Below are positions 1 to 9,797 of a DNA stretch of 64,000 nt, one piece after another. Position 1 is the first letter of the stretch; each line of letters begins with the position of its first letter. The stretch lies in IMG/VR virus record IMGVR_UViG_3300008050_007409, one strand, 5' to 3'. This DNA comes from a virus. The translations under genes were made by a program, and so were the position numbers. Below the pieces are notes generated by a model. The model was not told where the DNA came from. It ran no database searches and saw only the letters and a program-made list of their open reading frames with translations.

Positions 1-1815
1 GGTCCAGTACTCGGCGCCACCGTAGAGCCGGTTCCCTGGCTTCAGGTTCGGATCGCTGGTCAGATCCCCAGAGACCTCGCAGGAGTTGCTGTCGATGGTG
101 TAGTTGCCGCTGGAGACCGAGACGTAGTCCACCAGGTAGGTCACCACGCCATCGGGGCTGAACCGGAAGTCGGGGCCGACGAAGAAGTTGACCGGGTCCT
201 TGAAGTAGATCCGCACGGTGCCGGTGGCCTTGGTGCTGGCGTCACCACCCTCGAAGGCGGTCAGGGCCTTCATGGTCAGGATGTTGGCCAGAGGGATCGT
301 GTCTCCGGTCTCCGTGAGGTCCAGGGAGTCCAGGAAGGCCACGCTCTTGACCCGCACCAGGGGGAGCTCCAGGTTGGCGTCGGCGATGTTCTCGGTGACC
401 TTGACGTAGTCGCCGTCGCCGTCGGTGTAGGCCGTGAGGTCCGCGCTGCCGGGGATGACGAAGACCACATCGTCGTCGTCGTCGGTGACCACGCTGCCGT
501 CGCTCTCGGCGACCAGGTTCCAGAGCGGGACCGTGAGGAGGTAGGCCTTCCCGTCGTTGTGGACTGACCGATCCACGTAGGTCACGATCTCGTAGGTCTG
601 CTCGGACAGGGCGGGATCGATGGAGGAGGCCAGCGTCAGGGTGGTCGCGGTCCTGCTGTTGATCTCGATCACCTCCTCCCCCAGCTTGAGGAAGTCGCCT
701 CCGGAGACGCCTCGGGAGGAGAACCGGCCGTACTCGTCCCGGAACGTCGTCGTCGGTCCAGATCCGGGGTTCGTGTAGCCGTGCGTCCCGGCCCAGACCC
801 TGAGCCCCTGGTCGGTCACGTTCTCGATGTCCAGGGACTCCTCGGTGGGGGTCGTGGTGAACAGCCAGATGTCGGTCTTGCCACCGATGTGGACGGTCTG
901 GCCGGACCCGACCAGGCTCGGGTCCGCGCCGACGTAGCCGCCGGGGATGCCGGAGATGTCGACGGGGCCTGTGATCACGTCCCGGAGCATGAGGCTGTCG
1001 CCCATGCCCACGATCTCGATGTCGTCGATCGAGCTGAACTCCGCCTGCAGGACGGTCCTGCAGCCACGCAGGACGGCCAGGTTCCGGATCGTGATCGACT
1101 CCTTTGCCCTGGTGATGCCCTCCAGCTTGGTCTCGTCGTCGTCGCCGGCGGTCGCGGCGGACTTGTTGGTGACCCGGACGACTCCTGCGATCCCCTGCAC
1201 GGAGATGATGGACCCCTTGTCCACGTTGTAGGACTCGCCGGCGGCCTCGGCCTCCAGGGTCACGTCGAAGTAGTAGAGCGAGCCCTCCTGGTTGAAGCTC
1301 ATCGACGTGCTGGTGATCGTCTGGGTCTGGGTCGGGAAGAAGTTCAGACCGCTGCCGGTCGAGAACTGGCTCAGGGCTGTCACCACCACGGTCTGCGCGG
1401 AGGTGAAGTACATGCGCGCCGTGACCGTGGCCTTCTCGCCGACCTTGAGCTCGGTGAAGAAGTTGGCCAGCAGGGAGTTGACCTCCGGACGCGTCATGGC
1501 CTCGTAGTTGTCCAGGGACGCTGCGACCTTGATCCCGGCGAGCTCGCGCTTGTAGGGCTCCATGCCCACGGTCAGAGGCCGGGCGATCAGGTCTCTGGTC
1601 CCCGAGCCCTCACCCACGTCGATGCCGTCGATGTTCTCCTCGAGGTGGGCGGCGACGAGCAGCTCGACATCTGTGGCGAGGGGGTCATCTCCGATCCGCT
1701 TCATCAGCGGGGTGATCACCTTGGTGTAGAAGGCGGACCCGCTCGACGTGTCGATGGAGCTGTCGTAGTCGGACACCAGCTCTTGGATCAGCTCGATCAT
1801 GGTCGTGTCGGCCAT
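1..1815 (-). CDS. Baseplate J-like (wedge) protein, 3'-partial
   Basis: Absent from the ORF track because it runs off the window. Manual translation from ATG 1815: MADTTMIELIQELVSDYDSSIDTSSGSAF...EKATVTARMYF...DVTLEAEAAGESYNVDKGSI...VRVTNKSAATAGDDDET, typical baseplate J motifs; lies next to a gp25-like gene. Confidence 0.85.
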   Translation of the reverse strand, partial: MADTTMIELIQELVSDYDSSIDTSSGSAFYTKVITPLMKRIGDDPLATDVELLVAAHLEENIDGIDVGEGSGTRDLIARPLTVGMEPYKRELAGIKVAASLDNYEAMTRPEVNSLLANFFTELKVGEKATVTARMYFTSAQTVVVTALSQFSTGSGLNFFPTQTQTITSTSMSFNQEGSLYYFDVTLEAEAAGESYNVDKGSIISVQGIAGVVRVTNKSAATAGDDDETKLEGITRAKESITIRNLAVLRGCRTVLQAEFSSIDDIEIVGMGDSLMLRDVITGPVDISGIPGGYVGADPSLVGSGQTVHIGGKTDIWLFTTTPTEESLDIENVTDQGLRVWAGTHGYTNPGSGPTTTFRDEYGRFSSRGVSGGDFLKLGEEVIEINSRTATTLTLASSIDPALSEQTYEIVTYVDRSVHNDGKAYLLTVPLWNLVAESDGSVVTDDDDDVVFVIPGSADLTAYTDGDGDYVKVTENIADANLELPLVRVKSVAFLDSLDLTETGDTIPLANILTMKALTAFEGGDASTKATGTVRIYFKDPVNFFVGPDFRFSPDGVVTYLVDYVSVSSGNYTIDSNSCEVSGDLTSDPNLKPGNRLYGGAEYWT

Positions 1816-1824
1816 CAGAATTCC

Positions 1825-2487
1825 TCAGAGCACCAGGGGCACGGAGACTGCCTGCCCTGCGTAGGTGGTCACGCTCAGGTAGGCCACAGCCTGCTGGCTC
1901 TCCGGGTTGAAGGATACCCGAGTGAACGTGAAGGACAGCAGCCTCTCAGACGGCGGGAGAGCCCTGCCAGCCTGGGCTGCGATGAACTGGGTCTCCGTCC
2001 GGGACGCCGCCTCCGTGAAGACGGCGGCGAGCTGGGCCTTGGAGCTGGGATCCAGGGTCAGGCCCAGGGCCCGGAGAACGTCTCCGCCCTCTGCCCTGTT
2101 GAACCGGTTCGAGCCCGAGTTGGAGAGCATCGACTTGACCAGCTGCTGGATCAGCTTCTGGACGCCCGTGACCTTGGTGATGTTGAAGGTCGGGGTGAAG
2201 ACCAGGCGCACCCGGTTCCCAGAGGTCCACCTGGACGACACGATGGTGATCGCCATCTGACTGGTCGTGGTGTCCTCGAAGCTGTCGCCAGGGAACACCA
2301 GCAGGGTGCGGTCTGACACCGCCGAGAAGTCCGTGATGTCCAGGCCGTTGATGCTGACGGTCTTGGCGTAGCGGACGTCCCCGTCACAGACGAGGCGTAC
2401 AGCTCGCGGGTCCGAGTCCAGAACCTCGGAGGCGGACAGAACCCGGATGTCGTCTGCGATGGACAGGAACTGGATGTCGAAGCTCAC
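1825..2487 (-). CDS. Baseplate wedge protein (Ig-like N-terminus, gp25-like C-terminus)
   Basis: 220 aa; VTGVQKLIQQLVKSMLSNSGSNRFNRAEGG...LPPSERLL resembles gp25/lysozyme-like wedge; directly upstream of baseplate J. Confidence 0.65.
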   Translation of the reverse strand: MSFDIQFLSIADDIRVLSASEVLDSDPRAVRLVCDGDVRYAKTVSINGLDITDFSAVSDRTLLVFPGDSFEDTTTSQMAITIVSSRWTSGNRVRLVFTPTFNITKVTGVQKLIQQLVKSMLSNSGSNRFNRAEGGDVLRALGLTLDPSSKAQLAAVFTEAASRTETQFIAAQAGRALPPSERLLSFTFTRVSFNPESQQAVAYLSVTTYAGQAVSVPLVL

Positions 2488-5400
2488 TCGCCCTCCACCG
2501 TCTCGAATTCATCAGGGTTCTCGATCATGTAGTCGAGGGCAGCGTCGGCCGCTTCCTTCGTCTCGATGATCCTGTCCTTCTTCGACCCGGAGACAGCGAT
2601 CCACGGGAGGGTGGGATCAGTGTCGGTGATGAGATCGCTCTCCACCTCTCCGTTGAGCTCGAAGATGGCACGAGAGAGGGCCTCGTCCAAGCCCATCTCC
2701 GCAGCCTCGTAGGTTCTGGTCTCCGCTGCCAGGTACTCGGCCAGGTCGGCCAGGGCGATGCGGATCTCCACCTCTTCCGGGACCGTGGTGGACGTGTTGG
2801 TCCCGGAGTAGTCCGAGGAGGTGGACTCGTCGGGGTTCTCCCCTGCGACGTTGCTGCTGGCCGCGGAGCTCCCTGACGACGTTCCCGACAGGGCGGTGGA
2901 CTGGCCCAGTGTGTTGACGGCCACCGCGGCCGACGCGGAGTAGGAGCTGTCCCCGGCCGACATCTCCGACAGGGCCTCGAGGTCTCCGGCCTTGATGGCG
3001 TCGACCGCCTTGTCCATGCTGAGCTGCTCGAACAGCGCGGTAACCGCGGAGGTCTCGCTGTTGGCCGGTACCTCGAAGGCAGTGGCCACGTCCTGGATGG
3101 CCTCGATCTGGGAGTAGAGACCGTCGCTCTCGTTGAAGATCTCGTCCAGGACGTAGGAGACGCTGTTCCGGACGATGCTGTAGGTCGTGACGGTCTGACT
3201 CGACTCGAACTCGTGGTACAGCGTGAGGGCGCTGTACGTGGGGTCTGAGTGATCCACGGTCTCCACGTAGGAGAAGACCTCCCCGTCGTCGGAGAGCGTC
3301 ATGTAGACCTGATCTCCGGCCTGGATGTCCGCCTCCTTGGTCACGTGGAGGGTCGGAGTGGTGTCGTCGGCGTCGGAGTCGTCCTCCAGCGTGGCCGTCC
3401 CTCCCGGTGATGCGACGATCTCGACCTTGGCCTCGCCGCCGAAGTCGGCAATCACCTCGGCCAGATGGAGCTTCAGGTCGTCCAGGTCCTCGTCCAGGTC
3501 CAGCTGCTCGAGCAAGTAGCGGAGCAGGAGGAAGCGGCCCCAGGCCTGTGCCCCGTTGCGGGTGATGACGAAGGTCTGGTCCGTCAGCCCAGCGGAGATG
3601 CGCGGGTTGAGCTCCACCGTCCCGGCGCCGGCGTCGACCTCCTCGATCTCGTAGACCTCGGATCGGCCCCAGACCGTGAGCAGGTCCCCGGCCTCGACCA
3701 GGCTGAGGTCGATGGGTGAGCCCTCGGTGTCGTCACCTGGTGTGAAGGTGACGGTCTTCATCTCCTCGAAGTCCAGCACCTTGTAGGAGACGGGCCCCTT
3801 GGACAGCGGCATCCCCTTGTCGATGATCACAGCCTCAGCAATGCCATCGCCGTCGAGGTCGCTGACCCCCACGACCTTCGCCTTGATCATCTGACTGCCC
3901 ATGACGTGCACGGTGGAGCCCTCGACCCAGTCGTCGGGGACGGAGCCGGTACCGAAGCCCCCGTCCGCGAGGAAGGCCGCGTCCCGGTCCACCAGGTAGG
4001 TCGTGTCGAGATTGGTGCCGGGGAGCACCACGAACCAGGTGAGGTCCTTCCCGACCGAGGCTGGGAGGGAGGTCCGGAGCTTGAGGACGTGCTCGTCGGC
4101 GATGTCCACGATCTGGACTCGGCGGGAGCCCGTCACCAGCTCCATCCCCGGCTTGACCGTGTCGAAGATGGCGTAGCTCAGACCCGACTGCCCGGCGTCG
4201 AGCTGTGCAGAGACCTTCACCTCGCTGGCGCTGATCACCTCGATGATGATCACGTCCTGCTGATCGGGGCCGTTGGGGTCCAGCCGGATGATGTCGCCCA
4301 GGGCAGAGCTGCCAAAGGGGCTGTTCACGGTGTCGGTGAACACGTCCGTGGTCAGGCCTCTCCAGATCTCCCAGTCCTGCCAGGGGGTCTCCAGCACGTC
4401 CACCCGGTCCTTGATGCGGATCGTGTACGCCGGCGACGTGGAATCGTAGGGATCTTCCCGCACGGCGAAGTAGACCTGGTAGGCGTTCCCGTCGTGCACC
4501 AGGTAGCAGGCGTCGCGAGAGCCGTCGTAGGTGATCGTTCCCGCGACGCTGTTGTCGTCCCCGTTGTCGTCGGTGAAGTCCAGGAAGTCGATCTTGCTCC
4601 CGTAGCTGTCGCTGAAGGCGAAGAGCCAGGTCTTGTCGTCCTGGGGCGACACGTGCCAACCCGTGTAGAAGGCCGGGTTGTCGGCGTCGTTGGGGAGCGA
4701 GTCGTCCAGCTCCAGCCAGTAGAGGCCGATCTCCGGATAGGCGTTGCGGTCGTCTGGGTTGTACTTCAGGTTGTAGTCGCCCTCGTGGGACGACATGGCT
4801 GAGGCGGTGATCACCAGCTTGTAGCCAGGGCTCTCTGCCAGGGTGTCCTTCAACAGCCCGGCGTAGACGATCACGTCCTGGCTGTTGAAGAAGTACGTGC
4901 TGTCCGGGGAGATGTGCCAGGTGATCTGGGTCGAGTGCTCCGTGAAGGGGGTGTCGACCTTGAGGTAGTTCTGACCCACCACCTCGGAGATGGTGTGCGC
5001 CTCTCCTCCTATGCCGATGGGCGTGCCCGTACCGGAGCCCTCGTGGAGGTAGAGCTTGTCGCCGGCGACGATGCCCTTGGTGAGGAACTCCCCGTCCGGA
5101 TCGTAGAACAGGTCCGTGTAGTCCTCAGGGTGGAAGTAGACCTCGACCTGGGAGTCCTCGAATCCTGAGAACACTCCATCGATCTGCACGATGTTGTCGG
5201 AGATCAAGGCTGTGATCTCGTAATCGCCTTCGGCGTCCCCTCCGGTGTAGACCCTGGCCACGTCCCCGACCTGCACCAGGGCATCGAAGAAGCTCCCCGC
5301 GGTGTAGATGTAGTCCGGTCCGATCGTGCTCGTATCCGTGACGCTGGCCCCGTTGTAGACGATGCAGAAGACGTCTGTCTCGTAGCTGGCGATCGTGCTG

Positions 5401-7250
5401 TCCAGCATGATGCGGTCTTCGGAGATCACCGAGTCCACCTGGAACAGCTCCCGGTAGTCGCCGTCCACGGACTTGAGGTAGACGTAGTCGCCGATGGCGA
5501 CGCTGTCGGTGACGAAGGTGGCCGTGCTGTCGTAGACGACGTAGTTCGAGCAGCGGGCCTTGACCTTCCAGTTCTTCCCGGAGAGAGCTGGCATGGATCG
5601 AGCGGACTCATCCACGGTGAACCAGGTCGAGACGATGCCGTCGATCCTCCAGTAGACAGCGTCGGCAGAGACGCCAGAGATCTCCAGTAGATCGCCTACT
5701 GACACGCCGAGAGCGGTGAAGTCAGCGACGTTGGTGTCGAACCAGCGGTTGCTCGCGCTCTGGCCGGAGGAGGTGAATTGATCGTGAGTGGAGGGGTAGG
5801 TCCCGGCCTCGGCGTTCGCCACGCCGCTCTTGCCCAGAGGCTTCCCTCCGAGCTGACCGTCGACCGGCTTCATCTTGAAGGGCCACTTTGTCCCGGACTT
5901 CTGCCCCGTGAGGGCATGGTCAGACGTGACCACCGAGCTCTGCCGCAGCTTCTTGCTGTTCAGGCCGTTGGTCGAGCCGTCGTCGTCCTCCAGGCGTCGA
6001 TCCGTGAGGAAGATGCCGCCGCCTCCGGAGACCACCACGTTGGAGCCAGTCGCGCCGTCGCTGTACTCGGTCCAGAAGCTCTCGCCGGTGTCCTTGAAGT
6101 AGGTCCCGAGCATGTCCTCGAGGACCAAGTACCTGTCGTCCGAGGTGATGTCGTTCGGGATCTCAGGGGTGGTCGTGAGCTCCGTCGCCGTGACCGTCAG
6201 GATCCGGTAGCACTGAGCGGTGTGCACCAGGAACAGGAAGTGGTCTGGCTTCACGCCGTCCACTACGAAGGCGGCCCCGGAGTCCCGGAAGGTGTCGGTG
6301 AGGATGTCGCCGTCGCCGTCGTCTACGGCCTCTCCATGCCCACCTGCTAGAGGGTCCAGGTGGATGCGGCCGCCAGTCCCGAATCGAGCCCCAGAAGGCA
6401 GATCCACCACACTGATCGGCTCTGGTACGCCCTTGCCCTGCCGCTGGAGGTAGTCCTTCGGCGTGGAGCCCTCGATGGCCGGGACGACCATCTTGGTCCC
6501 GGTGTAGTCCGGCGCGGTCTGGATGATCTTCAGGACTGCCCGGCTGGCTGCCAGGTCGATGAGGACCTGCTCCGCCAGGGCGGCCTGCTCGCTGGAGTTC
6601 GCCCCCTCCAGGTCCTTGATGGTCTGGGCGAGCTGCTTCCGGATCGCAAGGATCAGCTCGGAGGCGACCTTGGACTTCAGGTCGACCTCGAGGAAGGCAT
6701 CGACCTGGGCGAGGAGGTCGTCCTTCTTGGCAAGCACGTCCAGCCACAGCGGCTCGAGTCCGGCGTAGACTGCCTTGGCCTCGTCCCTGATCACCACCCG
6801 GTTGCGGTTGGTGACGTTGGGCATCACCTCGTCGGCGACGAAGTCCTCCAGGTCGCCCGTGAAGCCGTCCAGGTAGTTGTCGCTGAGAGTCCCCTCGGCG
6901 ACGGAGCCGGAGAGCTGGGAGAGCTTCGTCCGGGCGCTGCGCAGCTTGGTGAAGTCGCTGATGAAGTAGGGGGCCTCGTCCCGGAGCGACAGCAGCAGAT
7001 CGTCGCTGGCGAGCTTGGCCATTGCGTCGAGGATGCTCTGCAGGTCCTCGCCCCACGACGTGACCGCCATCGACAGCGGGTAGAAGGGCGCCTCGATGTC
7101 CATGAGCATCGACGTGCGGGCGATCTGAAGCGCCCTCTCGACGACCTTCTCCTGGTCGAGAGCCCCGGTGTCTGCATCACGGGAGACCTCGAGCGTCCTC
7201 GGGAGGAACTTCTCGACGGCCGCCTGTACCTGTTCCGCTGTGATCGCCAT
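2484..7250 (-). CDS. Large acidic virion (baseplate/tail) protein with repeated beta modules
   Basis: 1588 aa, D/E-rich, helical termini, repeated F-x-D...F....V..GD-x-L-x-I modules; translationally coupled to the wedge gene. Confidence 0.7.
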   Translation of the reverse strand: MAITAEQVQAAVEKFLPRTLEVSRDADTGALDQEKVVERALQIARTSMLMDIEAPFYPLSMAVTSWGEDLQSILDAMAKLASDDLLLSLRDEAPYFISDFTKLRSARTKLSQLSGSVAEGTLSDNYLDGFTGDLEDFVADEVMPNVTNRNRVVIRDEAKAVYAGLEPLWLDVLAKKDDLLAQVDAFLEVDLKSKVASELILAIRKQLAQTIKDLEGANSSEQAALAEQVLIDLAASRAVLKIIQTAPDYTGTKMVVPAIEGSTPKDYLQRQGKGVPEPISVVDLPSGARFGTGGRIHLDPLAGGHGEAVDDGDGDILTDTFRDSGAAFVVDGVKPDHFLFLVHTAQCYRILTVTATELTTTPEIPNDITSDDRYLVLEDMLGTYFKDTGESFWTEYSDGATGSNVVVSGGGGIFLTDRRLEDDDGSTNGLNSKKLRQSSVVTSDHALTGQKSGTKWPFKMKPVDGQLGGKPLGKSGVANAEAGTYPSTHDQFTSSGQSASNRWFDTNVADFTALGVSVGDLLEISGVSADAVYWRIDGIVSTWFTVDESARSMPALSGKNWKVKARCSNYVVYDSTATFVTDSVAIGDYVYLKSVDGDYRELFQVDSVISEDRIMLDSTIASYETDVFCIVYNGASVTDTSTIGPDYIYTAGSFFDALVQVGDVARVYTGGDAEGDYEITALISDNIVQIDGVFSGFEDSQVEVYFHPEDYTDLFYDPDGEFLTKGIVAGDKLYLHEGSGTGTPIGIGGEAHTISEVVGQNYLKVDTPFTEHSTQITWHISPDSTYFFNSQDVIVYAGLLKDTLAESPGYKLVITASAMSSHEGDYNLKYNPDDRNAYPEIGLYWLELDDSLPNDADNPAFYTGWHVSPQDDKTWLFAFSDSYGSKIDFLDFTDDNGDDNSVAGTITYDGSRDACYLVHDGNAYQVYFAVREDPYDSTSPAYTIRIKDRVDVLETPWQDWEIWRGLTTDVFTDTVNSPFGSSALGDIIRLDPNGPDQQDVIIIEVISASEVKVSAQLDAGQSGLSYAIFDTVKPGMELVTGSRRVQIVDIADEHVLKLRTSLPASVGKDLTWFVVLPGTNLDTTYLVDRDAAFLADGGFGTGSVPDDWVEGSTVHVMGSQMIKAKVVGVSDLDGDGIAEAVIIDKGMPLSKGPVSYKVLDFEEMKTVTFTPGDDTEGSPIDLSLVEAGDLLTVWGRSEVYEIEEVDAGAGTVELNPRISAGLTDQTFVITRNGAQAWGRFLLLRYLLEQLDLDEDLDDLKLHLAEVIADFGGEAKVEIVASPGGTATLEDDSDADDTTPTLHVTKEADIQAGDQVYMTLSDDGEVFSYVETVDHSDPTYSALTLYHEFESSQTVTTYSIVRNSVSYVLDEIFNESDGLYSQIEAIQDVATAFEVPANSETSAVTALFEQLSMDKAVDAIKAGDLEALSEMSAGDSSYSASAAVAVNTLGQSTALSGTSSGSSAASSNVAGENPDESTSSDYSGTNTSTTVPEEVEIRIALADLAEYLAAETRTYEAAEMGLDEALSRAIFELNGEVESDLITDTDPTLPWIAVSGSKKDRIIETKEAADAALDYMIENPDEFETVEGE

Positions 7251-7256
7251 GAAGCC

Positions 7257-7262
7257 AGTCTA
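7257..7262 (-). promoter_or_regulatory. Sigma70-like -10 hexamer (TAGACT), probable leaderless transcript
   Basis: TAGACT lies 6 nt upstream of ATG 7250 with no SD sequence. Confidence 0.4.
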
Positions 7263-7273
7263 TCGGTTCTCGA

Positions 7274-8329
7274 CTACGCCAGCATGAGCGCTCCGTAGAT
7301 GCGCCTCCTCTGTGCCGGCGACATCTGGTCCAGGTGGCCCTTTCCGGTGAGATCCTCGGACATCGACATGAACGCCCCGGAGCCGGGGAGATGGCTATCA
7401 GATTCGATCCCCTTGGACTTGGCGAGTCTGTGGATCTGAGCCGGAGAGGGTCCGGAGCCCGGTCCCCGCTTCTCCACCCCAGCTCCTACAGCCATGCCAG
7501 CTCCAGGCATCATCAAGGCCAGCGTCAGCTTGCCCTTCTTGAAGTACTCGTGCCGGCCTCCGTCTCCCTTGATGCCGGCGGCCTCACGCTGCAGACGGGA
7601 CGCCCTCTCCGACCCTCTCGAAGCTGGGAAGCCGCCCTTCGGGGCGATCTTCACAGAAGAGATCGGAGATGCTCGAACCTCCTCTCCTGGGAGCTCCTTG
7701 AAGCCTTTGGAGAGGACCTGATCGATCTTCTTCGTCCGGTAGAAGTCTGCCTGCCAAGCCCCACGCTTCCTGGCCATGAGCTGGGCCTTCACCACCTTCG
7801 GGTCCTTCCTCATGTGGACGAAGACGTCGAAGCTACCGGGATCGGCTTCGGCGAGCATGTGGGTCTGCTCGTAGACTCCGGGCTTGACCTGCTTGCGTGA
7901 GAGGGTTGAGATCTGCTGCGCAGTCATGTTCGGCTTGTCGTAGTGGAAGACCCTCGTACCGGCTTGCTCCGCCAGGGCCTTGGCCGTGGTGCTCTTGCCC
8001 GTACCTCCGGTACCCGAGACTGCGATCCGAGACTTCTTCGGATCCACTCCTGCGTCCTTGAGCGCCTTCAAGATCCGGGCAGCCTCGTCCTTCGCTCCTT
8101 GAGGTAGGGGTCGAGCTGCATCCACCTTCCGAGAACCTCCCTTGCCGACTCCCTTGATCATGGCCCGGAGATTGGCCCGAGTGCCCGGAAGTCGACTGAG
8201 GCCCAGAGCCGTTCCCGCCGCGGCTCCGATGGCGACCCCTCTCCAGGGGAACTTCCGCCTCTTCCGAGAGGCTCCCAGCTTCTCGATCTCGTCCCAGAAG
8301 TAGGTCGCTGACGTGGTGGAGATGTTCAT
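7274..8329 (-). CDS. Basic tagged protein with P-loop (NMP-kinase-like) domain, putative virion cargo
   Basis: N-terminal FWDEIEKLG; Walker A IAVSGTGGTGKST; Gly-rich hydrophobic segments on both sides. Confidence 0.6.
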   Translation of the reverse strand: MNISTTSATYFWDEIEKLGASRKRRKFPWRGVAIGAAAGTALGLSRLPGTRANLRAMIKGVGKGGSRKVDAARPLPQGAKDEAARILKALKDAGVDPKKSRIAVSGTGGTGKSTTAKALAEQAGTRVFHYDKPNMTAQQISTLSRKQVKPGVYEQTHMLAEADPGSFDVFVHMRKDPKVVKAQLMARKRGAWQADFYRTKKIDQVLSKGFKELPGEEVRASPISSVKIAPKGGFPASRGSERASRLQREAAGIKGDGGRHEYFKKGKLTLALMMPGAGMAVGAGVEKRGPGSGPSPAQIHRLAKSKGIESDSHLPGSGAFMSMSEDLTGKGHLDQMSPAQRRRIYGALMLA

Positions 8330-9000
8330 CAGGACACCGTGACCGTGATGGTGGGGAGGGTGATCGTCGGGTGCTGGAGCCTCTCGATCACGTCGCCATC
8401 AGGCTCCTGGTACTCGTTGACCTCGTCGGTGTCGACCTCGGTGATCTCGATGGTGACGGTCCCGGCCTTGAGGGCGCGGAAGGACAGGTTGGCCACCTGC
8501 ACCACCACCGTCTCGTCGCTGATCTCAATCTCCAAGGCCCCCTGCACGGAGCTCCCCGCCTCCTCGCCGTTGGAAAGGGTGGTCGTGATGTCCAGGGTGA
8601 ACTGCTCCTCGACCTCGGCCTCATAGTCATCGCCGTCGTCGAACTCGATCTCGGTGATGTAGGGGAAGATGAGCGCCACCAGGTCGATGGAGCTCTCCTC
8701 TGGGACCACGACGGTTCGGACCAGGTCCGATTCCCTGCCTGGGATCTCGATCCTGACCGTAGCGCCCTGGTAGAGGTCGAACTCGACGTAGCCGTCGCCG
8801 TCCGACTTGGCGGTCTGGTGCTCGTTGAGGATCAGCGTGTTCGAGCTCACCGCTGCCGGGATGTGGATGTTCCGCACCGTGAGCTTCTCGCTCACCAGAG
8901 CGTCGCCGTGCAGGTCCTTCAAGTAGCCGGACACCCGACACATGTCTGCGTCGGGTTCGCCGCTGCCGGAGATCGCTGTGCCTGTGACCGTGTACCCCAT
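8329..9000 (-). CDS. Acidic virion protein, Ig-like/beta-sandwich
   Basis: 223 aa beta-rich; ALKAGTVTI Big-like motif; coupled start/stop. Confidence 0.55.
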   Translation of the reverse strand: MGYTVTGTAISGSGEPDADMCRVSGYLKDLHGDALVSEKLTVRNIHIPAAVSSNTLILNEHQTAKSDGDGYVEFDLYQGATVRIEIPGRESDLVRTVVVPEESSIDLVALIFPYITEIEFDDGDDYEAEVEEQFTLDITTTLSNGEEAGSSVQGALEIEISDETVVVQVANLSFRALKAGTVTIEITEVDTDEVNEYQEPDGDVIERLQHPTITLPTITVTVS

Positions 9001-9797
9001 CAGGATCCTCCTCGGGCCTTGCCTGTCCAGTAGGCCTGTCCAGGCCCGCTGACGTGTCGCTTCCCGTCTGGGGTGAAGCTGTAGGACACGTTGTCCTTCC
9101 CGAGGACCTCGGACATCTGACCCTCTGCTGTCATCCTCGAGGGGACCTTCACCACGCGCTTCTCCCCGATGGGGACGTCGCGAGCCGCCTTCCCACCCCA
9201 GGGGACGTGCTTCCGGGCCTTCCTCGCCCTGTCCAGGTAGAGGTCGAAGCTGTGGGACTTCTTCTGGCTGCGCAGGCGCTCCAGGACGGCCTCGGCCTCC
9301 CTGTGGCCCTTCAGCGTCTGCTCCAGGTCGTGCGCTACCTGGAGCTGCTCTGTGGAGCGGCCAACGCCCTTGACCTGCCCCTGGGCCTCCCGCAACTGCT
9401 TGATCCTCGCCCCGGAGCCAGAGACGTTGGACTTCTGCTTCCGGATGGCGATGTCCAGGGGCTTGAAGATCCTCTGGAAGGCCTCTCGGCTGAGTCTGGC
9501 GTCCCTGGCGGTGAGATGCTTGCGTCGGATCGCGGAGGCCCCCAGACTCAGCGCAGCGGCTCCAGATCCACCCATGACGGCTGCCTTGCCCAGGCGCTTG
9601 AGGAAGTCCTGCTTCTCGCTCTTGGAGAGGTCCCTGCCGTAGATCTGACCGTTCTGGAGCCAGTAGCGGGGCTCCTTCGTCTGGAAGGTCTTGGTGGCGA
9701 GGAAGCCTCCAGCGCCGCCCCCCACGACCAGGCCGGCCAGAGCTTCCAGAGCTCTGGCCTTGGCAGGCGTCATGGCGGCAGTCTTGATCTGAGGCAT
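9000..9797 (-). CDS. Basic Gly-rich protein (K-x-A tag), putative virion cargo
   Basis: MPQIKTAA start; two Gly-rich hydrophobic helices; K/R-rich. Confidence 0.55.
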   Translation of the reverse strand: MPQIKTAAMTPAKARALEALAGLVVGGGAGGFLATKTFQTKEPRYWLQNGQIYGRDLSKSEKQDFLKRLGKAAVMGGSGAAALSLGASAIRRKHLTARDARLSREAFQRIFKPLDIAIRKQKSNVSGSGARIKQLREAQGQVKGVGRSTEQLQVAHDLEQTLKGHREAEAVLERLRSQKKSHSFDLYLDRARKARKHVPWGGKAARDVPIGEKRVVKVPSRMTAEGQMSEVLGKDNVSYSFTPDGKRHVSGPGQAYWTGKARGGS

